A DNA stretch of 64,000 nt from an uncultured Clostridia bacterium (GTDB lineage: Bacteria > Bacillota > Clostridia > Christensenellales > UBA1242). The stretch lies in contig CAJOLU010000002.1 of assembly GCA_905235475.1 (NCBI GenBank), forward strand, positions 472 to 64,471, written 5' to 3'. Both the position numbers and the translations under genes were made by a program. Under the pieces are notes generated by a model. It was given only the letters and a program-made list of their open reading frames with translations, was not told where the DNA came from and did no database searches. Numbering within the stretch: position 1 is the first letter of the stretch; the number at the start of each line of letters is the position of its first letter. Of the stretch, positions 1 through 11,200 are shown piece by piece.

Positions 1-1917
1 CTTCTTGGATGCATGATTGTTGGTGGAATTATTGGTTCATACATAGATGTGCAAACAATCGACCTTAGCTACATGTTCACAGGAACATATTCATTACTTA
101 TTGGTGGCGTTCTTTTCTTGTTGTTTTTTGTTTGGCTATTACTTCGTGCAACCAACCAAGAAAAAGGCCCCCTATTTAAAAGCACTGGAAAAAAGAAAAA
201 AGTTGAAACAAAACAATTCTTTGATTCAGTTTGGCTAACAGAAAAAGAAATGGACAAAAAATATAGCGGAACAACCTTTAAACACCTTGGCGAAATGAAA
301 TCTGGAATGCCATTAAAAGCAGAACTTCGTGGTGGAGATGTTCACATTAACTTTAAATATGAAGACTGGCACGCACTAATTATTGGTACAACTGGTGTTG
401 GTAAAACTCAATGTTTAATTAACCCAATGCTTCAAATTTTGGGAAAATGTAAGGATAAGCCAGGTCTTGTTGTTAACGATATGAAAGGTGAACTTTTTAA
501 CTACAACAGTGAATATTTAAAGAAAATGGGCTATAATGTTATTTCTCTAGACTTGCGTGATGCCTATAAATCCACAAGATGGAACCCAATGGAAAAACCA
601 TTTGTGGCATATCAAAGAAGTTTGCACCTATATAGTGAAGTTAAGGTTCACCATGGTGGAAAACCTGAAGATTACAAACTTAAAAAGATTGACAATGTTT
701 ACAACAATGAATGGTATGAATTTGATGGAAGAGCATACCCAACAAAAGAAATGTTGGATAACGACTTAACCGCTCTAAAAAAGCAACTTCAAGACTCTGC
801 CTACGAGGATTTAAACGACATTGCATTCACCCTTTGCCCACAAACTTCAACTGGTGATGGAGCCACTTGGGAAAGAGGAGCTAAAGACTTTGTTTTGGGT
901 GTTATGCTTGCAATGCTTGAAGACAGTGCAATACCTGAACTGGGTATGACAAAAGAGAAGTTTAATTTATTTAATGTATACAAAATTTGTAACCTACGTG
1001 ATGATGACCCAGACAACCAATTTGCAAGTCTTCAAAAGTATTTCCAAGGCCGACACTCACTTTCAAACGCAGCGCAACTTGCAAACCCAATCATCAACAA
1101 CGCCCAAACAACCATTCGTGGGTATATGGGTATTGTTTCAAGTAACTTAAGTTCTTTTGCAGATGAGGGAATTTGTTTTGCAACAAGCGGAAACGAAATG
1201 GACTTTGAACACTTCACAGACAAGCCAACTGCCCTATTTGTTAAGGTTCCAGATGAAAAAGACACCCGTCATGCAATTGCAACAATGTGTATTGTGCAAC
1301 TTTATAAAATACTTATTGAAACAGCCAACAAAACAGAAAAACTTCAACTTCCAAGAAAAGTGTTCTTCGTGCTTGATGAGTTTGGTAACCTTCCAAAAAT
1401 TCCAAAGTTTGATTCAATTATAACCGTTGGTCGTTCTCGTCGAATTTCAGTGTTTATGGCAGTTCAAAGTTATAACCAACTTAATGTTAAATATGGTGAT
1501 GCAGTTGCAGACACAATTAAATCAAACTGTAACATTCACTACTATCTAGGAACAACAGACGCAAAAACAAAAGAAGACTTCTCTCTTCGCTGTGGTTCAA
1601 CATCTGTTGACACAACATCAACAACCAAAAACAAAGGAAAAGATGGCAAGCAAGACAGCACCTCTGTTTCAACAAACAAAACAAGTGTTAGACTTATCAC
1701 TGTTGATGAATTGGGCCTTTTGAAAAATGGAGAAATTATTATTTCAATGTTTAAAGAAAGTGCCATTAGAACAACCTTCACCCCATCTTGGAAAGCTGCA
1801 CAAGCCGGAGTTTATGATTTAACTCCACCTCCAGAAACATACATTCCAGCAAGATATTTGGATACAGAAAAAGTTTACTACGATATAAGAATTCGAAATA
1901 GAAAAGTTTTTAGATAG
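1..1917 (+). CDS. virD4: VirD4/TraG-family type IV coupling protein (5' end probably outside window)
   Basis: Frame is open from base 1 (LLGCMIVGG...). N-terminal TM segments, Walker A GTTGVGKT, NDMKGEL, WNP, Walker B LDEFGNL, and GRSRRI..QSYNQL..YG..A..I..NC typical of T4SS-DNA_transf/TraG-D_C. Confidence 0.88.
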   Translation, partial: LLGCMIVGGIIGSYIDVQTIDLSYMFTGTYSLLIGGVLFLLFFVWLLLRATNQEKGPLFKSTGKKKKVETKQFFDSVWLTEKEMDKKYSGTTFKHLGEMKSGMPLKAELRGGDVHINFKYEDWHALIIGTTGVGKTQCLINPMLQILGKCKDKPGLVVNDMKGELFNYNSEYLKKMGYNVISLDLRDAYKSTRWNPMEKPFVAYQRSLHLYSEVKVHHGGKPEDYKLKKIDNVYNNEWYEFDGRAYPTKEMLDNDLTALKKQLQDSAYEDLNDIAFTLCPQTSTGDGATWERGAKDFVLGVMLAMLEDSAIPELGMTKEKFNLFNVYKICNLRDDDPDNQFASLQKYFQGRHSLSNAAQLANPIINNAQTTIRGYMGIVSSNLSSFADEGICFATSGNEMDFEHFTDKPTALFVKVPDEKDTRHAIATMCIVQLYKILIETANKTEKLQLPRKVFFVLDEFGNLPKIPKFDSIITVGRSRRISVFMAVQSYNQLNVKYGDAVADTIKSNCNIHYYLGTTDAKTKEDFSLRCGSTSVDTTSTTKNKGKDGKQDSTSVSTNKTSVRLITVDELGLLKNGEIIISMFKESAIRTTFTPSWKAAQAGVYDLTPPPETYIPARYLDTEKVYYDIRIRNRKVFR

Positions 1918-1924
1918 TTATTTC

Positions 1925-1956
1925 AAAATCATAGCAAAAAATGGCTATGATTTTTT
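1925..1956 (+). terminator. Intrinsic terminator after virD4
   Basis: AAAATCATAGC-loop-GCTATGATTTT followed by T run. Confidence 0.75.
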
Positions 1957-2163
1957 GTTTTTGCAACCATAAAAACATAACACAACTCTTTTATGTTTTT
2001 GAACACAAAAATTGGAGAAATTTTTATATTTTTTAAATCAAGTTTTCAATGTTAATTTTTTGTTATATTTTTACAAAATATAAAATTTTGGTAAAATTTG
2101 CATATATCTTTGAAAAAAAATCAAAATATTTTTAAGGTTTTTCAAAGTTTTTTGTCTTTTTAG

Positions 2164-2193
2164 TTGTGAAAAAAAGCATAATATGCTAAAATT
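2164..2193 (+). promoter_or_regulatory. Putative extended -10 sigma-A promoter of the 3009 aa gene
   Basis: TTGTGA-18bp-TAAAAT with TGn extension; palindrome AGCAT-aat-ATGCT (2176-2188) overlaps it. Confidence 0.45.
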
Positions 2194-2257
2194 TTAACAA
2201 TAAAGACAAATGTAACTTTGCAATTTGGTCGGGAAAACAAAAGTCAAAGGAGAAATT

Positions 2258-5200
2258 ATGCAAAAAAAGAGCGTTAGAGTTTCAATTTTAAGCAGTATAG
2301 CACTAATTTTGATGGCTATGCTATGTGTTTTTGGTTTTGGAAAATTTCAAAGCGTGAAAGCAGCAAACAATATGGGGGCAATGACCGCAGTGGTTATCAC
2401 GGTTGATAATGAAACGAACGGTTATATTTCAGAACGACCACTTGAGAACTTGGATGAAGAAGACATTCCAATAATGCTCAATAGCTACACCGAACTTGTT
2501 GGGGCTGAAATTAGAGATGGCTATCTATTTTTGAAAGGGGCAAGCGACGGAATAGCACCCACAGTAGAAAGTGGCATAAATAAATATTACACAAAGGTTA
2601 CAAACGCTCAAGGAGTTGAGGTTGATGCAGTTGTTATGTATAGTGGCTATCTCAAAAAATGTATTTGGTTCAAAACTCAATATCTCAGCATCCCAATCAC
2701 AAACATCAGAACTAATGAATTTACCTACACATATAACGGCATTGCACGAACAATAACAACAGAAGAGAACATCACAGATGGTTCAACATATAACATAACT
2801 TTAGGCTTTTTGGGAGAACAATCTGGAACATTATCAATTGCAGAGGATGAAATTTCTGGAACATGGACTTCAACAAACTTTTTTGAAACTCACGAAGCTC
2901 TTTTAATTAGAATTGGTTCTAGCACAAGCTCAATTCGTTACGACATTGATGCTCAAACATTGACTTTAAATGGTGAAAGTATTGATGGTTATGGAAAAAT
3001 TGAGGAAGCTGTGGGTTCTTACTACTACAAAGAATATCACGGTATTCCTGCTGAAATTGTAGACGAATGTGGCATTAATGTTGCAGCAAAAACAAGAAGA
3101 GTTCGTGGAAACACCGACCCATCAAACTATTTAAACACTTTGGAAGGGTATTACAAACTCAACATAACATACAGAACACAAGTTGGTGCACCACAAATTT
3201 CAAACTTCAATTTCTACTTAATCACATCAAACACCTACGCAAACACAGATGAAATTTTAACTTTCTATAACACAAACTCTCAAACAGCAGCCGAAGATGA
3301 TGAAGAATACACAAAGTTACACTACTTTAATCACAACAACTTAGACAACAATCAACTTTTGGATATTGCAACGCCAATTGAATTAGACCAAAGTCTTATT
3401 GCAATAGATAGTTCTGGACTGACCTACAATGGAACAACCTACCCTAATGACTTACCAAACATCAATATTTATAATGCCATGAACGAAAATACTTTTGATG
3501 GGAAAAGAGGAATTATCTACAACAATAATCTCACACAAAAATGGATGTTTGCTGATAGGCTGTTATATCCAACACTAACGTTCAACCCAGAAAAATATGA
3601 TTTACAATATCAAAAAGTTTGGTATAACACAGAGGAAAACGGCGAATTTGATTTTGAAACACTTGATGCCTTATATGGAGTTATGAGCGTTTACACTGTT
3701 AGCACTTCTGGCACAAGAACATTAAAAACAAGTTTTGATGTTGCAAGAAAAACTGATGAGTTGGAAGGCGTTGACTACTCCACTCTCAACGTGAACAATA
3801 GTGATGTTTTAGTTAGAGTTACTGTTAATGGAACACCTTACCAAGCAACAAATGGACTTATCACAATTGATGGCACTAACTATTATTACAACAAAGTTGA
3901 AAAGAAAGTTTGCAAATATGATTTAGATGCTCCATTTATTGCAAAATACACCATGGAAGAACTGGGCGAATATGTGTTCTTGCAACAATATAAACTCAAA
4001 ATTAGCAACAATGAATATTATGTAACAAAAAACATTAACGATAGTTCAAACATTTCAGACAAAAATGAAAAACTTGTTATTAACGGCTATCAAGCAACCT
4101 ATCGAAACAACGGCACAACCACAAGTTATTTGCGTAATGAAAATTTTGTTAGTGATTTTTCTTACTTGCTAACAGAACCAGTTTATACAAGTTTAGATAG
4201 TGAATCAAAAGCAGTTGTTCAACCAAATGAAAACATTTCGTATGCGGAAAATAATAATGACTACATCATCACAATTGAAGGAATAAATTATTATATTGAT
4301 GCAACTAAAATAACCACAACAAATCAAGCACCAGTTTCTTTAAGATATTTTGCAACACCAAACAATAAAACAGCAAATGGCAAAAGTCTTTTGTGGTATG
4401 TTCACATAGATAACAATAAGAACATAACAAGAGGCGACTACTCTAACTCAAAATCATTTTCCACCGCTGGGCTTTATGTTGTCTTCCTATCGTTTGTTGA
4501 CTCTTCAGATTCAAGCAAATGTTGCGAACAAATGATTGCCTTCAAAATAACAAACTCTCAACCTGAAGTTTCAATTCAAACAACAGACTATGATAACATA
4601 ACCATTCTAGACCACAAAGGAAGTGCTGAAACCGCAATTACCTCTAACAGTTACACAAACAAAAATGTTTACATTCAATGGCTAAACAACGATGTGTTTA
4701 ATGCAAATATTTATGCAACCTACACACAATATGATTTTAGTGGAAATATTGTTAGAAGAAATGCACCTTTAACAGGGCTTATCTACTACAAAGATGAAAG
4801 CGTTCTCAATAATAATACCACCCTATTCACTGAAAACGGGCGATATGTTGTTAATATTTATTACACGAACTCAGGTTCATCAATTAACAGAAGTTTTATT
4901 ATAGACAAAACAAGCATTTCTGGAATTAAGGCAGTTCAAGTTAATGTTACAGATAGAAGAATTTTTGGATACGACTCCAGTGACTCAACTCTTACTAATG
5001 CAACTCTATCAGACCAAACAAACTTTAATCTTGTTGTAAAAGATGCTTTTGCTTGGACTTGGAACAGTAAATCAAGTGGCGCCAAGATTTCTGCTAGATA
5101 TTACTATTCAAACATTGCAGGAAAATCTTCTTTTGCATTAGACAATATTGAAAAAGATGGAGAAAATTGGGTTCTTGCAAATGGAGAATTTGGAGAAATT

Positions 5201-8200
5201 TTAACTGGAACAAACTATGCTCACACCGAACTTTCCACAACTATTAGCACAACATCAGAAGCAATATATTGGAAAGATGCTATGTTTGATAGTTCTCAAA
5301 TCATTTCAACCAACTGTATGGCAATTCTAGTTTTGAAAGATGAAGCAGGCAACACTGCAAGTTTTGTGACAATTTATGAATCAATAACACCACAAACAAT
5401 TCAAAAGAAAGTTGATAGTTCAGAAAGAACAACAAGCACACTAATCTCCGCAACCACTGAATTTATTTTTGGTTCACACAAGGCACTAAGTGTTGCAAAG
5501 GGTTCTGCTAGAGCAGAAACAATTAACACAGTATTTGCTGGCATTTTAGATGGAACATCCACAACATTTAGCATCAATTCTTCAGAAGAATATGCACTTC
5601 CATCAAACATTTGTTCATCTCTTCAAAACACATTTAAAAGTTATTCAAATGAATTGTATTACACTCTTCCAATAAAAAGAGCAGAATCAAGACTTATTTG
5701 TGATGAAACATATGAAGTCACAATTGCTCCAACAAAAATAGGTTCAAACTACACAAGAACATCTTTGTTTGTTGTTCTGCAACAAAGTGGTAACTCAATG
5801 TTCACATATATATCAACTTCAGCAACTGGTTCACCACTTTCAGCAAGACTTTCACTAGATGTGTATGGTCAAATTCAGTTCACTTTAACAACTGTCGACA
5901 ATCTAGAAAATAAAATCACACTCAACAAAAACATTTCTTTAGACCAATCAGATGGAAGAATTTTTAGTCATTCTGGCAAAAACCCTGACACAAGTGCAAT
6001 AACAGACACAACAACATTTGATAACAAAAGAAATGCAAATAGGCAACAAGTTTTTGTGGGATATTCAACAAATAGAGATTTATTAACATTTAGTTTCTTG
6101 CAACAACCTTCTGGAAACTTTAGAGTTGAATCTATAAAACTTGAGTATTACGAACTAAATCTTAACTTAAAAAACATATCTGAAAATGATGTAGATCCAC
6201 TGTATCCATATAACACAACTCCAATCAAATACACACTCTATAGCATTAACTCAAGTGACCCAACTGTTGGCCTCAATTGGAATGCAACTGAAGGAGATGG
6301 TGGTGAAATTGGAAGTGGAACTTATTTGCAATCTGATGCAATCAATCTAACTTCAAACGGAGTCACAGCACCTGGAAAATATGTGTTCATAAGAAAATAT
6401 GAAACAGACATTTCAAGTCTATCACCAGAAGAAAACAAAAATGATAAAACCACTTTTGAATATACTGTGTATGTTGATAGAAATGGAGTTATTTCTAATG
6501 ATATGACAATTAATATTGGTGTTAAAGGCGTTTTCTCAAACTATGAAGAAAGTGAAACATACAAAGAATTCAATTCTTTTGGAAGTCAAAAAAATGCACA
6601 ACCCGAATTTAGAAACAACTTTATATATAATGGAAACACTGCCAGCAGAATTAATTTTAACCAAACAAAAACCAATCTTTCAACTGATATGCTCCCTGCA
6701 AAAATTGCATTAGAAATTATTAATGGCATTGCATACAAATATTATTACAATTATGATAACAAGCAATATTACAGCACACAAAAAAATTCACAACTAATAG
6801 TGATTGTTCAAAAATTTGGTGATAGCAACATAATAAGTTCTCAAACGCTCTACTCCTCTGCAATAACACAAAGCCATAACACAAATGTTCTTGCAAAAAG
6901 TGAGCCAATTCAAAACCTTAATGCACAAAGTTTTTCTGATGCTGGAATTTATAGAGTGTTTGTGATGGATTTAGCAAACATTAACATACCTCTAACAGAT
7001 TCATACTTCACAACAGATTGGGCAAGTGGGGTTTTGGGAATATGGGACTCCACCATTTATAATAGCAACTTCACGCCAAATGTTGGAACATTTAGTTTTA
7101 AACTTAGAAAAGAAGATATCGCAACATCTGTTCTAATCAAAAACGCAGGTGTTGACACCTACACAAACGTAGGACTTGGTTCAATTAATGGACAAAATTA
7201 TTACTACACTCAAAACAACAATGTCATCTTCTCATTTAGCGACACAATCGATGAATATAAAGCAAAAGTTCAATATAAAAACTGGACTCTTACTAGAACT
7301 GTTCACACACTTGTGAATGGAACAATGCAAGAAAGAGTTGAATCACCAGTTTCTCCAAACAATGTTGAAATTAGAACCTATGACCCAAACAATGAAGAGG
7401 CAAATATTCTTGTGTTTAGTGAAAATGAACTAAATCGCATAAAGGGAGTTGCAACAACAACACCTTCAACAATGACATTTAGCACAAAGGATAATGAAGG
7501 TGGAATATTGTATTATAGAACAAAATTTGCTGGCCTTAATGATGACAGATACACCTACTATATTCTCCTTCCATCTAATGTTGTGGGTGAAACCAAAACA
7601 GACTGTAGTTATAGCCTAACATTAAGTTATTTGGGAAACCCAAACAGTTATATGAGTGCAGACAATCAAACAAATTACTTCTCAAAAACAACACAAGCCT
7701 ATATAGACAACACTGCACCATATAAACACCTTTTAAGTCTCATTAATCAAGACACATATCTCACAAGTGCACAAAAGAGTGATATGATTGCAAATCTTAA
7801 TAACCCTAATTACGAATTTTTAACATATTATGCATTTGCAGTTGGTCCAACATTTAGTCTTGAAGCAATTGATGATAGTGAGAACATAGATTGTTTCTAC
7901 TACAAAAAGGTTTCTGGACAAAAATATGATGGTTCACAAAATCCTAAACAAACCGTTATTCCAGAAAGCGAAAACTTCGATAAATATGCAGACTATCGTT
8001 TTAACGAAACATTCTACAAAAAATATTATCTCTCTTCAACCTCAGCAGAAAGTGGCTACAACAATTCCATAACATCAAGTGCTGAAGGAAGTGGTTACTA
8101 CGACATTATTGAAGTTGATAAAGCTGGAAACCACAGAGTTTACACAATTTACCTAAACGGTGATGGTGTTAGCATAAATACAACAGCAACTGACGAAAAT

Positions 8201-11200
8201 AATTCAATTTATGAATATAACTTTATCAGTTCTTTTGCCGGCACTACCCCAACATATGAAATAACATCAAATGGAGTAACAATATACTCAAAAACAGGAA
8301 TAATAAATTATGATGTTTTAAGTGATATTCCATCTATTTCAAATTCAAGTTTTGTTATTGAGGGATTAAGCATTCAAGATGAATGGTATACCATTAATTA
8401 TAGATTGATGAATGGAGTAGATAATGCGCCTTGGCAAACACTTGTGGCTGCACCTCAAATTTATTCAAACATTACGGGAATAACCTATAACACAAAAGCT
8501 CAAAACATTGCAATCTTAAATGATTTTATTTCACAAAACATTGAAAATGGAAAACTATCAAGTGGAACAAGAATGGAATTTATGATTGTTAACCGCGGTG
8601 GAAATAACTTAAGATTCTATTTGTTAACCCCTGGAGTGGGACTTGTTATAAACAACATTTCTCCAACTCTTGTTGGAAACAGATATTTCACTGTAACAAT
8701 TCCTGCCGACACATATTCAACAAAATTTAGCGACTTTAGAGTAACGCAAAATAGTGTTTTGTTGTCAACAGACCACAATTCTCCTCCAACATATATTTCA
8801 AACATAAAATCAACAAGAGAAACACCTGTTATGTTAAGATTCCTTTTGGGGAACTACCGCTACTCTATTTCATTTAAAGATAATTTTGGAAGAAGTTATG
8901 AATTTATCTATCCAACAACAGAAGGAATTGTTAATGAACTTGTGTTTGAAGATGGAACCACACCAAAATATGTTGATGGAGTGCTCTACACCTCTAACAC
9001 ATCAACGTTTAACTACACAACTGGAACAAGAGATAGAATTAGCATAAAAATTGTTGATAAAGACACAAATATTGTTATTGCAGACCTAAACAACTTGCCT
9101 TATAGTTCAGCGATTGAAACAGATGTAACTTTGAAAACCGAACTTCAAAAAGAAGAAATTATGCCATATATGACTGAAAAGTTAAATATGAATAACTCTG
9201 TTGTTTCAATCACATTTAATGCAATTAAAAACAGACATCTTGTTTATGAAATCACGCTTTTAGATATTGATAACAACCTTCACACAAGAGTTTTTGCAAT
9301 ATACACAAAAGCACAAACAATCACTTTAACAGATACAGTTGGAATCGAGATATTTAACGATGACTTAAGCGATAAAATCACTTCCAAAACAGTTGTCGTT
9401 AGATATTCCACCCCACAAAATGTTTTGTTTAACCCACAAGTGAAATTATTTGATGGAACAAACACAACAAATCTATCTTCAAGTGCACAAATTAGAAACG
9501 CTGGAGAATATAGAATATTTATTGCAAACGACCTTGGAATAATGAATGTCTTCACAATTGAATTCACAATCAAACCAGCCACAACAGATATATACAGTGT
9601 TTACTTTGCTGATGAACTGTTGTCAGCTCACTCGGTGAAATATAATTTTGAAATTGATTCCACAACAAAACTTATAGATAGTTACTTCTTCTTGTCTAGC
9701 TCTAATAACGCTTGGAATGATATTCAAATTCTCCCAAGTGAAGATAAAGACCTCACAACAGAACTTATCACAACTTCTGGAAACACAAAAATATATAAGA
9801 TTTTTGGCAATGTTTATGAAGATTATTTTGCAGTAACGCAAATATTCCCTGTTGCAAACAACCACTTAACAAATTTTGAAGTTTACATAACAACAGACCT
9901 TACAAATTATATTAGTTCATCTGTTGGAAGTGGTGATCACCAATACTTAATTGAACCAACAACAGGCAAAGCAACATATGCAAAACTTCATTGGGACACA
10001 TCAGAAGCAGGATTTAAAAACTTTGTGTTTGCAAACATTTGGTATAACAATGTTTATATGGGTAAATACACAGATGATGTTGTTCTAACAAAATCTGGTG
10101 AATACACAATTCAAATTATGGATATTGTTGGTCAACAACATAGGTTTGGAACACAAAATCGAGATGCTTTCACCTTAACAATTTTAAATAATGTTAACTA
10201 CAAAATTAACAATGCAAATCCAATTGAAAATCAAACATTTAACGATCAAGTAACTTTAACACTTATGAATGAAGATAGATATTCTTGGAACAGTGGTGGA
10301 TTCATAAAAGTTTTGAGGAACAACCAAGAAGAAACAAACTACATCACTCAAGGAAGAAGCTGGACATTCACTTTGGCTGGATATTATAGTGTTTATATTG
10401 AAACCCCAATTTCATCCAACACAACAACTCCAATAAAGATTTCAGCAACAGCACACTTCACAATTTTGGACAAAAATGAAAGCAAAACTGTTTACGACTT
10501 TGCAAAAATATCTGGCTACTCCGTTACAAAAGTGGAAAAAATAGAATATAACAGCGACTTGGCGGAACTTATTAATTTAATTGTTACCAACGCAACAACA
10601 ATTGATGCCGATTCCTCATATAGTGCGCAAGTTTTAAATTCATTTAAGCAATATAATGAAAATGTTATAACACAAAACAACATAACAACAGTAACACAGC
10701 TTGCTGAATATCTAAACTCAATTGATAGCAACAGCCTTCTATATACCTATATTGATGTAACACCAACAATAAAATCAATTTATGAAACAGAAGTTATTCA
10801 AAGCTTTAAAATAACTCCAGACAATTTGGGGGTTGGAAGATATAGAATTTATGTGAAAGTTGAAGGTAGTGAACTAACAGCTGCTCAATCCTATTCTTAC
10901 GACATTTGGATTAATAATGAAGAACCTACCTTAACATCTTCAAGAGCATTTGGCAGTTCTTCAACATCAAGTTTTATTATATCATTTAACCCAAGCATCA
11001 TTTATAGTCAAATTGGTAACTCTTACATTAAGATTAATAACACCATTATTGAAACAATTAATGACTCTAATCAGGCAAATGTGGTCAGAAGTTATCGAGT
11101 TTCAGCACCTGGAACATATTTAGTTCAAGTTTATTCAAATAGTGGAAGTTTGATTTCCAGTCAAAGAATAACAATAGATGTTCCACTCAACACTGCTGCA

